DNA of 46,901 nt, the filler included, from Nitrospirae bacterium MYbin3 (GTDB lineage Bacteria; Nitrospirota; Thermodesulfovibrionia; Thermodesulfovibrionales; Dissulfurispiraceae), in the NCBI GenBank assembly GCA_002753335.1. It is 5 parts of 5 records of this genome, joined end to end, with 100 filler letters (N's around TTAATTAATTAA, not from the genome) between each part and the next. Parts side by side here need not be neighbours in the genome. Positions count along the whole stretch, not along the records: positions 1 to 10,786 come from PEAD01000046.1; 4 more parts are not named here. One strand, 5' to 3'. This document shows, in pieces, positions 1 to 9,715 of the stretch. Under the pieces are notes generated by a model that did no database searches, was not told where the DNA came from, and was given only the letters and a program-made list of their open reading frames with translations. Position 1 is the stretch's first letter; every line of letters begins with the position of its first letter. Made by a program: the position numbers and the translations under genes.

Positions 1-588
1 ACCCCTCTTGCAACTGTCGAGATGCGTATATGCATGACGCTAAATGCCCCTGAATGCAGGGCCAGCAGCTCTCTGATGAGCATACTTCCTGTGGAGCAGA
101 AAAAGGAGCCTGCCTTTGTTCCTGCCAAGAATTTTATCGAGGCACCTCCTGTAAAGGAAGCGCCGAAGCCTGAAGCTCCGAAGCAAGAGCCGGCAAAGGC
201 AGCTCCCAAGGTAAAGGTCGTGTCCTACGATTCGAGCAAACCCGTTACCGGAGTGGTGTTCAATTTAGAGGGACAGCCTTTTGAGAGAGAGATGCTGCCG
301 GTTGTGGTTACCGCCGGCGAGGACAACAGCTATATGACCGTTTATTCTGCCAAGAGCGTAAAACCAAATGTAATCCGCACCTACGGAGTTGTTCGTTACG
401 CGGACAATCTTGATCAGGCGGCTAAAAATCCGCAGCTTGGCAATAATGTGATGACCATTTCGGCAATAAGCATAACCAAAGAGAATATGCTTTTGATTAA
501 ACTAGAGGGTGCAAAAGCCCTAAAAGAAACAACCCGGTATGGAAACGACTATCTGGGTGATGCCAAAGTCTTTATCAGCGCACAATGA
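1..588 (+). CDS. 5'-truncated LPP20/FlgP-like envelope protein, paralogue of 2033..2953
   Basis: Frame is open from base 1 (TPLATVEMRIC...). Pro/Lys-rich linker, then a C-terminal domain (VTGVVFNLEGQPFEREMLPVV...YADNLDQA...NNVMTISA) that parallels YDGLVIDATDQNFRPALINRI...YTNSVDKA...KNPLIVKA in 2033..2953. Confidence 0.6.
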   Translation, partial: TPLATVEMRICMTLNAPECRASSSLMSILPVEQKKEPAFVPAKNFIEAPPVKEAPKPEAPKQEPAKAAPKVKVVSYDSSKPVTGVVFNLEGQPFEREMLPVVVTAGEDNSYMTVYSAKSVKPNVIRTYGVVRYADNLDQAAKNPQLGNNVMTISAISITKENMLLIKLEGAKALKETTRYGNDYLGDAKVFISAQ

Positions 589-599
589 AGGAGGATTGT

Positions 600-1853
600 A
601 TGGCTAGAAAAATATTTTTATTTGTGCTCTTTTGCTTCTCGGTTTTGAGCATTACTGGATGCGGGCCGCAGCAGGCTGCAAGATGCACCTCGCCCGAGGA
701 CAATCCGAACCATCACTATCTGCGCGGAATGGAAGCGCTCGAAAGGGTTCAGGATGCTATTTTCAGGGGCAAGTTCGATGTATCTGGAGACCTCGAAACC
801 GCGCGCGAAAAGTTCGAGAGGGCTTTGTACTGCGACAAGGAATTTTATCCTGCAAACGGCGGTTTGGCAATAGTATCTGCGCATAAGGTCAGAATGCAGA
901 AAGACAAAGCATACGCGGATGTTGACAGGAAGCGCGCAATAGATTATGTGGAGAAGGGCGGCAGGGATGCACGTTCGGATGAAGACAAGTTTGACCACTA
1001 TCTTTCTGTCGTTCGTGTTGATACGCTTATGAACGGCAAGAACTGGCTTGAAAAGACCGAAGAGGCCTACAATTTAGGCAAAGAAGTCCGTCCTGACGAC
1101 AGGAAGCTTTATTACTATCAGGGTAAAGAGGCTTTGCAGTATTACATGGGGCTTGCCTACTGGGAGGCTCAGGAGTTTCAGCGGTCGCGCGACATGTTCA
1201 GCAGCGTTCTGAATTCGAGACGTGACGGCAAGTGGCACGAAAAGGCTGACAAGGCATGGAAGCGGGTTGACAAGATAGTCAGGGCGATGGCAGGAATTAC
1301 CGTAGGCGATGTAGGCAAGAGAATCGCTATGAAAGAGTCCGTAAGCCGAGGAGATCTTGCAGCGCTGCTTGTGGATGAACTGAAGATTGATAAGCTTTTC
1401 GCGGGTCGCATTCCGGTTCAGTCGGAACTGGACAAAATGAAAGCCGAATTCAATCCTGCGGATATGGCAGGGCATCATTTCAAAGAAGAGGTGATGACCA
1501 TACTTAAGTGGAAGGTGAGGGGGCTTGAGCCCAAGTTTGACGGAGGCTCGAACTCTTATCTGTTCAAGCCTGCTGATGCAGTTACAAGGGGCGAGATAGC
1601 ATTAATCATGGAGGACGTGTTGATTAAGCTTACCGGAGACGAGAAGCTTGCCCGCGCATTCTTGGGCAACGACAGGTCGCCGTTTCCGGATGTTAGAGCC
1701 ACCTCGCCATTTTTTAATGCGGTAATGAATATGACCACGAGGAATATTATGGAGGGCGAACTTTCTGGAGAGTTCAGGGTAAACGCCCCAGTTGACGGCG
1801 CAGAGGCGCTGTTGGCTATAAGGGTTTTAAGACAGAAAATGAATATGTATTAG
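600..1853 (+). CDS. Lipoprotein with TPR repeats and C-terminal SLH-like domains
   Basis: RBS AAGGAGGA before ATG 600. Lipobox LSITGC, TPR-like helices, SLH-like motifs VSRGDLAALL, FKPADAVTRGEIA and FPDV...FRVNAPVDGAEA. Confidence 0.7.
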   Translation: MARKIFLFVLFCFSVLSITGCGPQQAARCTSPEDNPNHHYLRGMEALERVQDAIFRGKFDVSGDLETAREKFERALYCDKEFYPANGGLAIVSAHKVRMQKDKAYADVDRKRAIDYVEKGGRDARSDEDKFDHYLSVVRVDTLMNGKNWLEKTEEAYNLGKEVRPDDRKLYYYQGKEALQYYMGLAYWEAQEFQRSRDMFSSVLNSRRDGKWHEKADKAWKRVDKIVRAMAGITVGDVGKRIAMKESVSRGDLAALLVDELKIDKLFAGRIPVQSELDKMKAEFNPADMAGHHFKEEVMTILKWKVRGLEPKFDGGSNSYLFKPADAVTRGEIALIMEDVLIKLTGDEKLARAFLGNDRSPFPDVRATSPFFNAVMNMTTRNIMEGELSGEFRVNAPVDGAEALLAIRVLRQKMNMY

Positions 1854-1868
1854 CTTTAAAAAACTTTT

Positions 1869-1989
1869 ACCACAGAGGGCACAGAGTAATACTATGATTT
1901 TTAAACTTAATAAAGGTCACAGAGGGGTAGCCCCAAAGAAATCTCTGTGTGCTCTTGTTATGGAGGCTGTTCTCTGTGTATTCTGTGGT
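1869..1989. repeat. Nested CACAGAG/CTCTGTG inverted-repeat element (REP-like)
   Basis: ACCACAGAGGGCACAGAG (1869-1886) pairs with CTCTGTGTATTCTGTGGT (1972-1989). Inner pair CACAGAG (1918-1924) / CTCTGTG (1943-1949). Confidence 0.75.
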
Positions 1990-2032
1990 TTAACTTTAAT
2001 TAAATAAATTAGGACAGGTTAAGGAGGAATTT

Positions 2033-2953
2033 ATGAGCAAAAGAATTTTAGCAGCGTTGTTGATCGTTCTTTGTCTTACCGGTGTTGCCTTTGCAGCGGA
2101 CGGCGGAACCGCACAGGTTGATGCACGTTTTGCCGCTGCCAACGAGTGGTTGAACAAGAACAACCTTTCGGTAACTTCAGCTCCGGAGCAGGCCTTTGTC
2201 AACGATTATGTTCTTGTGTTTGCTGAAGGGTTGCCGTTGCCTACGGCCAAGTCTCCGGCACAGAGAAGGCTCACCGCTACAAGGGCGGCAACTGTTATGG
2301 CTTACAGGCAGTTGACCGAGTTTTTGGAAGGTGTTGCTATTGTGGGCGATACGCTGGTCAAGGATGCGGAGCTTCAGTATGATGTTGTGAGGGCTGCTGT
2401 TGCCGGTGTTGTAAAAGGCGCGCAGATAGTGCATCAGGAGTTCAATGATCAGGAAGGCTCGGCCATAGTATTCGTAAAAATCGGAATGACCGGGCCGCAG
2501 GGTTTCGGACGGACTATGTATGAGAAGATGCTTGGCGATCCAAAGATTAAAAAGGCTGTTGTTGAGCCTGAGCCTGTGCCTCAGTTCAAGCAGAAGCCTG
2601 TGCCCCTTGATAACAAATACGACGGACTTGTAATAGATGCCACCGACCAGAACTTCAGGCCTGCTCTCATAAACAGGATATTCACAACAAAGGGCGAGGT
2701 GATCTACGACCCTTCGAAAATCAGCCAGAAGGTTCTGGTGGAGCAGGGCTGTGGAGAATACACCAACAGCGTTGACAAGGCCAAGGCCGCTCTCGAATCC
2801 AGAGGCGTAAAGAATCCTCTCATCGTGAAGGCTTCCGGTACTGTTTCAGCTTCTGATCTTCAGGTCTCTGATGACGATGCCGTAAAGATTTATTCGGCTA
2901 ACCAAAAGGGAACCTTCCTTGCAGGTGCAAAGGTAGCTTTCGTTCTTAAATAA
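2033..2953 (+). CDS. Secreted LPP20/FlgP-like protein
   Basis: RBS AAGGAGG. Signal peptide ending VAFA. Motif A.RAA.V.AYRQL.E.LEGV...T.V.D typical of LPP20-type domains. Confidence 0.65.
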   Translation: MSKRILAALLIVLCLTGVAFAADGGTAQVDARFAAANEWLNKNNLSVTSAPEQAFVNDYVLVFAEGLPLPTAKSPAQRRLTATRAATVMAYRQLTEFLEGVAIVGDTLVKDAELQYDVVRAAVAGVVKGAQIVHQEFNDQEGSAIVFVKIGMTGPQGFGRTMYEKMLGDPKIKKAVVEPEPVPQFKQKPVPLDNKYDGLVIDATDQNFRPALINRIFTTKGEVIYDPSKISQKVLVEQGCGEYTNSVDKAKAALESRGVKNPLIVKASGTVSASDLQVSDDDAVKIYSANQKGTFLAGAKVAFVLK

Positions 2954-2966
2954 AATATTTTTTTGC

Positions 2967-3004
2967 GGGGATGCGGTCGTAAGGCGGCATCCCCTATTTT
3001 TTTA
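2967..3004 (+). terminator. Intrinsic terminator or attenuator inside the cluster
   Basis: GGGGATGC (2967-2974) / GCATCCCC (2987-2994) stem followed by a T-run. Confidence 0.7.
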
Positions 3005-3014
3005 GGAGGATCCT

Positions 3015-3824
3015 ATGCGCAAAATTACGGCAACGCTGTTGTCCGCTATTTTAATTCTGATTTTTACGTCCGGAGTTTCCTTCTCATACGAGAAAGAGTT
3101 GAGGAGTCTTTCCACGACGATTGTTTCTGCTATGGACAAGGTTGGAAGCCGCAAGAGTGTGGCTATAATGGACTTTACCGACTCAAAGGGCAAGGTTACG
3201 GATTTAGGCAATTATCTGTCTGACGAGCTTACCCAGAGCTTAAAGAATGCGGCTCAGGGCTTTGAGGTGCGGGAGCGTGAAGATATGAGAAGCGCTTTTA
3301 GCCAGAACAATCTGACAATTACTATACCTTTCAACACCGAAACTGTGAAAAAGATAAATCAGGATGCGAAATTAGGCGCCATAGTTCTTGGCAGTTATAC
3401 CGCTTTTAGCGACAAAGTTAAGGTTTCGATAAGCATTGTAAATACATATCAGGCTAAGGTTGTAGGCTCTACAAGCGTAGAAATTCCGAGGACGAGACGC
3501 ATCAATGAGCTTCTGGGCGCAGGGCAGGACAGCTATTATAACCTTACCGGCGTCTGGCGCTCCGATGACGGCGGGCTTTATTATATTCGCCAAATAGGGA
3601 ATAAGGTTTGGTGGTTCGGTGAGTCTTCGCCTAATAATCCTTCATGGTCTAATGCCGCTTATGGCGAGATTATAGGCAATGAAATGAGGCTGCAATGGGC
3701 TGATGTGCCTAAGGGGTATAGTATGAACAGCGGTTCTCTGGTTATAAATATAATCTCTAATGGCGGGCTGACCGCGATAGATAAGAGAGGCAGCTTTGGC
3801 GGGTCTGATTGGATAAAGCAGTGA
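3015..3824 (+). CDS. Secreted FlgO/CsgG-like protein with a C-terminal beta-rich domain
   Basis: RBS AGGAGG. Signal peptide. SVAIMDF...LG.YLSDEL...FEVRERE...IVLGSY pattern. Trp/Gly-rich C-terminal domain (NLTGVWRSDDGGLYYIRQ). Confidence 0.6.
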   Translation: MRKITATLLSAILILIFTSGVSFSYEKELRSLSTTIVSAMDKVGSRKSVAIMDFTDSKGKVTDLGNYLSDELTQSLKNAAQGFEVREREDMRSAFSQNNLTITIPFNTETVKKINQDAKLGAIVLGSYTAFSDKVKVSISIVNTYQAKVVGSTSVEIPRTRRINELLGAGQDSYYNLTGVWRSDDGGLYYIRQIGNKVWWFGESSPNNPSWSNAAYGEIIGNEMRLQWADVPKGYSMNSGSLVINIISNGGLTAIDKRGSFGGSDWIKQ

Positions 3825-3840
3825 TTAAAAATCACCAGTC

Positions 3841-3869
3841 TTGACAATCAAAGCGGATATAGCAAGAAT
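3841..3869 (+). promoter_or_regulatory. Putative sigma70 promoter
   Basis: TTGACA-N17-AAGAAT upstream of the ATG at 3910. Confidence 0.4.
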
Positions 3870-3909
3870 GTATGTATCATGCTAAATAGCACCAATGAGG
3901 GGAAATAAC

Positions 3910-5097
3910 ATGCACAACCGCCTGCTTTATTGCCGCATCCTGTTTGCTTGTTTCTTTTTGCTCTGTTTCTGCGCGTCTATTGAAGCATCCAAAGGCACCG
4001 AGGTTGAGGCTGAGGGCTATGCTGACATCGTGGACGGCAAAAAGGGCGAGGCGAGAGATATGGCCTTGCAGGATGCCTTCCGCAGGGCGGTTGAGCAGGC
4101 TGTAGGCGTGATGGTAGAGTCCGAAACTTTGGTAAAAAATTTCGAGCTGATAAATGACAAGGTTTATTCAAGAAGCAAGGGCTTTATTAAAAAACACACG
4201 ATTATAAAAGAGAAGATAGAGGCCAACGCCTTCAGGGTATCTATTAAAGCTACGGTGCTTGCGGTCAAGCTGCATAAGGCCCTTGATGAGATAGGCATGA
4301 TAATTAGAAAACTGGGCAAACCGAGGGTCATGCTGTTGATATCGGAGCAGAGCATTATGAGCGATAAGCCTTCTGCGTGGTGGGCTGATGGAAGCAGCGG
4401 AGTGGGAGTTGCCGAAAACACCCTTCTGTCCAAGCTCATGGACAAAGGTTTTAATGTTGTTGACAGGCAGTCTGTAATGAGGGCGGTTAAAGATGACCCT
4501 TCTTTGTCAAAGGGCATAACCAATATAACAAATGATATTGCTCTTAAGCTGGCCTCGGAAGGAGAGGCCGAGGTTGTTGTGATAGGACAGGCTGTGGCCA
4601 AGTCAGGCGCTGGCATGATGGGCACGAGCATTAAGTCGTGTCAGGCTGTTTTCTCGGCAAGGGCGCTTAATGCTGACAACGGAGAGCCTTTGGCGAGCGT
4701 TACAACAAACGGATCTCAGCCGCATGTGGATCCTGTTACCGGGGGCTCCGAGGCTGTGAAAAAGGCCGCAATAGAAATGTCAGATAAGCTGGCATCGCAG
4801 ATAATCGCTAAATGGAAAAAGAAGGCCGGAGGTGAGCACAAGGTAAGGCTTGTGGTGCGCGGCATATCTTTTGATAAAGTGAAAGGTTTTAAGGAATTGC
4901 TGAAAACCAAGTTCGACTACATAGAGGATATTTTTGACAGGGGTTTCAGGGACAACATGTTAAAGCTGGATCTTGAAACTACAGAAGCGGCAAAGGAAGT
5001 GGCAGAAGACATAAGCGAGTTGAAATATAAAGGCGGGGCGATAGAGGTCAGCTCTATAACCAGCAACATCATAGAGATTACGCTGAAACAAAAATAA
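3910..5097 (+). CDS. Secreted protein with an FlgT N-terminal-like domain and a CsgG-like middle domain
   Basis: Signal peptide. VEAEGYA...AR..ALQDA.RRAVEQAVGV.VESETLV.NF motif. KPRVMLLISEQ...GFNVVD...AEVVVIG. Confidence 0.65.
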   Translation: MHNRLLYCRILFACFFLLCFCASIEASKGTEVEAEGYADIVDGKKGEARDMALQDAFRRAVEQAVGVMVESETLVKNFELINDKVYSRSKGFIKKHTIIKEKIEANAFRVSIKATVLAVKLHKALDEIGMIIRKLGKPRVMLLISEQSIMSDKPSAWWADGSSGVGVAENTLLSKLMDKGFNVVDRQSVMRAVKDDPSLSKGITNITNDIALKLASEGEAEVVVIGQAVAKSGAGMMGTSIKSCQAVFSARALNADNGEPLASVTTNGSQPHVDPVTGGSEAVKKAAIEMSDKLASQIIAKWKKKAGGEHKVRLVVRGISFDKVKGFKELLKTKFDYIEDIFDRGFRDNMLKLDLETTEAAKEVAEDISELKYKGGAIEVSSITSNIIEITLKQK

Positions 5098-5114
5098 ATT
5101 TTTTGGAGGTCTGT

Positions 5115-7103
5115 ATGAGGAGAAGTTTTGCGGTTGTTTTTGCATTGCTTTTGGCGCTCGTCTGGGGATGCCAGTCAACAGAGAGCAAAAAAAGCTTTGA
5201 TCAGGGCAGGGAACTTTACGCACAGAACAGAATCGAAGAGGCTGTGTCGCTTTATGAAGATGCGCTCAGACAGGAGCCTGACAATCAGGAATACAAAGAC
5301 GCTCTTAAGAAGGCCAAAGAGCAGGTGGTGGGAAAAAACATGGACAAGGCCAAGTCCTATCTTGATGCCAAGCCAGCGACGTTTGATCAGTTGAAGAAGG
5401 CGCAGGCCGAGCTGGACAAGGCGTTGAAGCTGTCGCCTGATAATGAGAATGCGGCTAAGCTTTCGGGGCAGGTGAAATCTGAAATGGACAGCCTGAATAA
5501 AAAGGCCGAGGGCTTGTACTCAGCAGCTGGCAAGGCTATGGATACTAACGAGTGGGGAACAGCTATTACAAAGCTTCGTGAGATAAAGGCTTTTTATCCG
5601 AATTACCTTGACCTTCCGATAAAGCTGGCTATGGCCGAGACGAACAGCATCAACTACTATATCAAAGAGGCTGACAAATACAAGGCTAAAGAGGATTGGG
5701 AGAACGTAGCAAGGACTCTCATGTTCGCTAAGGATATAAAACCGGGCGATGCTGATGTAGCTGCTCGCATAAAGGAAGCCGAGTCGAAGAACACGCCCGA
5801 TTATTATGTTGGAAAGGCAGAAGTTGCTGCAAAACTTAAGGATTGGGACACCGCGATGGGTTATATAACAAAGGCCAATGCTTTAGGGCCACGCGGTGCT
5901 GTTGCAGAAAGGATAGAAAAACTTCAGAAAGATTCAACATCATATTTTGTTGGCAAGGCAGAGCAGAGCTTTGCGGAGCAGCGCCTTTACACCGCATATG
6001 TGAACCTGGCGTCAGCAATAGAGCTGAGGCCTGCGGTAAAGAAAGACCCTAAGGCTGTTGAGCTTATGCAGCAGCTTGTCACAGCCATGGTGGCCAAAGG
6101 TGAGACTTACGAAGCGACCGATCTGCTCGGCAACGCCTTTGTTTGGTATGACAAGGCTTTAAAGCTTTCGTCAGGCAGCAGAGAGCTTTTTACAAAGACA
6201 CAGGGTGTTAAAGACAAGATACGGCAAAGAGTGGTAAAGAAAATAGCTATCATGGACTTTACTCCGCCGAGCAACAGCGCTGATGCCGGAAGACTCATCA
6301 CCGACAGTCTCCTATCGTACCTCACAAAGAACACAACAGGAGATGTGAAGATACTTGCGAGGGACGTTCTCGGTTCGATACTTAAAGAGATAGAGTTGGG
6401 ACAGGCCGGTCTTTCGGATATCGTATCGGCTAAGAAGGCAGGAAAACTCAAAGGCACAGACGTATTCATTTTTGGGAATGTGCTTCAGTACAATGTCGAG
6501 AAGAATGTTGGCCAAGGGTTTAAGGTTGTAAATGCTGTTGTTGGCAAGCGCTCTATCCCAAATCCTGCTTATCAGAGTTGGATGGCTTCCAGATCCAGAT
6601 CTGGTGATGAAGACCTAAAATCAGCTCCTCCACAGTTTATAGAAGAAGAAATTAGGGAAACACATAAGTATAAGGTCGGGGTGCATAAAAAGACCGCGAG
6701 TGTAAAGGTATCTTTCCGCGTTATTGACGTTGAGGAAGGCGAAACCGTTATCGCAAAAACCCTCAACAATAAGAAAGAGGCTGAAGACACATATTCAGAA
6801 GGAGTTGACTTTGCAAATATTTCTTACAAAGCTGTGAAGCTGCCTTCGGATACTGACATGTTTGAGCAGGTTGTCGATGCTACGGTTGGGGAGCTTGGCT
6901 ATGCTGTTCTTTCACGATTCCAGAATCTACAGGTGCTTTACAGCAATTCTGCACAGCTCTTGAGAAAGAAGGGTGATCAGGAAAGGGCTGTCGAGAAATA
7001 TGTGGATGCGATTCATGTAGAGGAGCTCAAGAATACGTCCAGCCCGGTATCGGACAATGCAAAGAAAGAGATAGAACAGATTCTTAAGGGGATGGCTCTA
7101 TAA
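5115..7103 (+). CDS. TPR lipoprotein with a C-terminal CsgG/HfaB-like domain
   Basis: RBS GGAGG. Lipobox LVWGC, many TPRs, KIAIMDF...VKILARDVLGSILKE...DVFIFGNV...VSFRVIDVEEGE. Confidence 0.7.
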   Translation: MRRSFAVVFALLLALVWGCQSTESKKSFDQGRELYAQNRIEEAVSLYEDALRQEPDNQEYKDALKKAKEQVVGKNMDKAKSYLDAKPATFDQLKKAQAELDKALKLSPDNENAAKLSGQVKSEMDSLNKKAEGLYSAAGKAMDTNEWGTAITKLREIKAFYPNYLDLPIKLAMAETNSINYYIKEADKYKAKEDWENVARTLMFAKDIKPGDADVAARIKEAESKNTPDYYVGKAEVAAKLKDWDTAMGYITKANALGPRGAVAERIEKLQKDSTSYFVGKAEQSFAEQRLYTAYVNLASAIELRPAVKKDPKAVELMQQLVTAMVAKGETYEATDLLGNAFVWYDKALKLSSGSRELFTKTQGVKDKIRQRVVKKIAIMDFTPPSNSADAGRLITDSLLSYLTKNTTGDVKILARDVLGSILKEIELGQAGLSDIVSAKKAGKLKGTDVFIFGNVLQYNVEKNVGQGFKVVNAVVGKRSIPNPAYQSWMASRSRSGDEDLKSAPPQFIEEEIRETHKYKVGVHKKTASVKVSFRVIDVEEGETVIAKTLNNKKEAEDTYSEGVDFANISYKAVKLPSDTDMFEQVVDATVGELGYAVLSRFQNLQVLYSNSAQLLRKKGDQERAVEKYVDAIHVEELKNTSSPVSDNAKKEIEQILKGMAL

Positions 7104-7104
7104 G

Positions 7105-9327
7105 GTGAAGGGGATGCTGACGAGTATAGCATTATTTCTTTTTGCGGCTTTGTTGATGGCTGCGCCGGTTTTCGGCATGGACGTCGGCATGAAACAGAAG
7201 CTTGCTGTTCTGCCCTTTATTCCCAAGAATATGGAGGCTATGACCGTTACAGAAAGCCTGTCCTCGCTTCTGCTGTCGAATCTTGACAGGACAGGACATT
7301 TCGAGATAATTGAACGCAAAAAAATCGAGGGTATGATAGAGCTTGAAGGCCTTAGGTTCGAACACCTTACGAGGGATGATCTTATCAGGATAGGCCGAAA
7401 GAACGGGATAGATTTTATTCTCTCCGGTAGCGCCATGAGCGTGGGCAGTTCTATCGCCCTTGATCTGCAGCTTCTCAGTGCGCAGAGGGAAAAAGTCTGC
7501 GCTTCGGATACTGTTCGGCTTTCTCAGACCGAGCTTTCAACAAAGCTTTACGATACAGCAAAAGAGCTGGCCAACAGCTCAAGAGAATGTTCAGCCACAG
7601 CATCGCAGATTGCACAGCCACAGCAGGTACCACCTCCTTTTGATATGAAGGCTAGTGGAACTTCCAAGAGCATCAGGCTTTTCTGGTCCCATCCGGATAT
7701 ATCCAAACTGATAGGCTTCAAGGTGTTCAGAGCAAACAGCGATACAGGCTCTTACAGCTCTTTAGCAACTACGACAGAAGCGGCTTATGTTGACGACAAC
7801 CTGAACCTGAACGAAACTTTCTATTACAAGGTTCAGGCCATAGGCAATACAGGGTCCGAGAGCGAACAGTCGCCTCCTGTTGTGGGCAAGACCTCGATAG
7901 CCCCTCATCCGCCCATTTTTCTGGGGGTTAAGCCCGATATAAAGAGCGCGCATCTGCAGTGGCGTTCAAGGCCATCAAAAGGCAAGGAAGCAGGAACAGA
8001 AGAGGCCGGATATAAAATCTACCGCAAAACAGCGCAGGACAAGGATTTCAGGGAATCTGCATCCGCTCCTGCCGATGCTTCATCTTATACTGACACAGGA
8101 TTGAAAGATGGTACGGCGTATCTCTATACACTCACCGCTTTCAATGCGAGTAAAGCAGAGAGCGAGTTTGCGACTACGCTAGATGTTGTGACGGTTTCGG
8201 GCATGGACGGCTTAAAGGCAGAAGCCGGAAAGATACGGCATGCACCTCTTTCATGGAGCCCTCATATGAACGATACTGTGGATGGGTACAATATTTACAG
8301 GTCTGCGGACAAAGACGGCGAATACAAAAAAGTTGGCTCGGTGTCAGGCAGGATGACGGTTTTATTCACAGATTCGGGGCTTGAGGATAAAAAAACATAC
8401 TGGTATCGGATAGCTGCTTTTAACAAGGCGCATTCCGAGACCGATAAATCGCAAGCTGTATCTGTAGAAACACGCGATGTGCCTCCGCATGTGAAGGGTC
8501 TTTCTGCAAAGAGCGGGGAGGTGCGCAAGGCCACTCTTACTTGGGAACCTGTGAACAGCCCTGCTGACGAAATCAAGGGATACAGAATATACCGTTCGAC
8601 AGAGGAGAAGGGCGAGTTTAAAAAAATAGGCGATGTGGACTCGGACAGAAAGACGGCTTTTGTTGACGATGACAAGCCGCTGAAGGACAATACAGCCTAT
8701 TATTACCGTATCACATGCTATAACTCAGCAAACGCCGAAAGCCCTGTATCTGGCGTAGTATCGGCCATTACAAAGGCGGTGCCTAAAACCCCTACCGGAC
8801 TTAAGGCTAAATCGGGCGAGGTCAAAAAAGTGAGTCTGGACTGGAATAAAAATAATGAGCCGGACATCAAAGAGTACCTGATTCATCGTAAAAGATCTGA
8901 CGAGAAAGATTATGACAAACACAAGACTGTGCGTGAAGGCATAAGCTATGTTGATGCAGACCTGAAAGACGGCATCGAATACTCATACAAAGTTCAGGCT
9001 CTGGATAAAGACGGCTTGGTGAGTGAGATGTCGGATTCGGTTTCAGCAAAGACAAAACCCCTGCCGCATAAACCTGTGGGGCTTAAGCTGTCCGAGAAGG
9101 ACGGCAAAAAAGCGTTGATATGGGATGCCAACGCTGAGAAAGATATAAAGCATTATGTTGTGTATAAAAAAGGCTTCTTGGGAGCCGGACAGAACCTCGC
9201 TTCGGTGCAGGCTACTGTTTGGGCAATTGATGAATTGAAGGACAAAACCGAGTTCTTCATCACCGCAGTTGATGAAACCGGGCTTGAGAGCGAACGTTCA
9301 GAGGTTGTGGTTGTAGAGAAAAAATAG
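7105..9327 (+). CDS. Secreted CsgG-like domain plus about six fibronectin type III repeats
   Basis: Signal peptide. KLAVLPF...FEIIERKKIE...DFILSGS, then repeated L.W...GY.IYR...(F/Y).D..L.....Y.Y...A.....ES..S units. Start codon uncertain (GTG 7105 or ATG a few codons later). Confidence 0.75.
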   Translation: MKGMLTSIALFLFAALLMAAPVFGMDVGMKQKLAVLPFIPKNMEAMTVTESLSSLLLSNLDRTGHFEIIERKKIEGMIELEGLRFEHLTRDDLIRIGRKNGIDFILSGSAMSVGSSIALDLQLLSAQREKVCASDTVRLSQTELSTKLYDTAKELANSSRECSATASQIAQPQQVPPPFDMKASGTSKSIRLFWSHPDISKLIGFKVFRANSDTGSYSSLATTTEAAYVDDNLNLNETFYYKVQAIGNTGSESEQSPPVVGKTSIAPHPPIFLGVKPDIKSAHLQWRSRPSKGKEAGTEEAGYKIYRKTAQDKDFRESASAPADASSYTDTGLKDGTAYLYTLTAFNASKAESEFATTLDVVTVSGMDGLKAEAGKIRHAPLSWSPHMNDTVDGYNIYRSADKDGEYKKVGSVSGRMTVLFTDSGLEDKKTYWYRIAAFNKAHSETDKSQAVSVETRDVPPHVKGLSAKSGEVRKATLTWEPVNSPADEIKGYRIYRSTEEKGEFKKIGDVDSDRKTAFVDDDKPLKDNTAYYYRITCYNSANAESPVSGVVSAITKAVPKTPTGLKAKSGEVKKVSLDWNKNNEPDIKEYLIHRKRSDEKDYDKHKTVREGISYVDADLKDGIEYSYKVQALDKDGLVSEMSDSVSAKTKPLPHKPVGLKLSEKDGKKALIWDANAEKDIKHYVVYKKGFLGAGQNLASVQATVWAIDELKDKTEFFITAVDETGLESERSEVVVVEKK

Positions 9328-9370
9328 CAGTAAGAGATACAGGTACTATTTTAGTAAATTTAAGTTGTCC

Positions 9371-9404
9371 CAACCTCCTCTGGTCTTTGCCGCAGAGGAG
9401 GTTG
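9371..9404. terminator. Hairpin, probably the terminator between the cluster and the tRNA-Pro locus
   Basis: Perfect 12-bp inverted repeat CAACCTCCTCTG / CAGAGGAGGTTG. Confidence 0.65.
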
Positions 9405-9417
9405 CTTACTGAAAAAT

Positions 9418-9440
9418 TGGTCGGGGCGAGCCGATTCGAA
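9418..9440 (-). mobile_element. att site: 3' fragment of tRNA-Pro marking an island boundary
   Basis: Reverse complement TTCGAATCGGCTCGCCCCGACCA is T-loop + T-stem + acceptor strand + ACCA. The adjacent sequence (AGGATATG...) does not continue as a tRNA. Confidence 0.75.
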
Positions 9441-9715
9441 AGGATATGTTTGATTTGTTTTATCAGTAATTATCAATGAGTTGCCATATGTAAGACCCCC
9501 AGATTTAGGTGCGTGGAGCTTTTTTGTCATGTATCAGTATATCAAAGTCGAGTCTTAATTGGCTGATATAAAGTTGCTATCATAGATTACGAATGGACCG
9601 ATGGGAAAAAAGAATGTCTTCATCAAATGTCTCCGTCCAGAGTGTGAGAAATTATGTTAAACTTGTTAGTGACAATGCAGCAAATGCTGTAATTACATGC
9701 GATTACCAGAAAATC

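Noticed and set aside
1869..1989. Possible CRISPR mini-array
   Set aside because: The repeats are inverted heptamers, not 25-40 bp direct repeats with spacers; no cas genes are present
5115..9327. Curli biogenesis operon
   Set aside because: Only CsgG-like folds are present; no curlin repeats, CsgE or CsgF are visible
9418..9440. Intact tRNA-Pro gene
   Set aside because: Only 23 bp match; no anticodon arm or D arm
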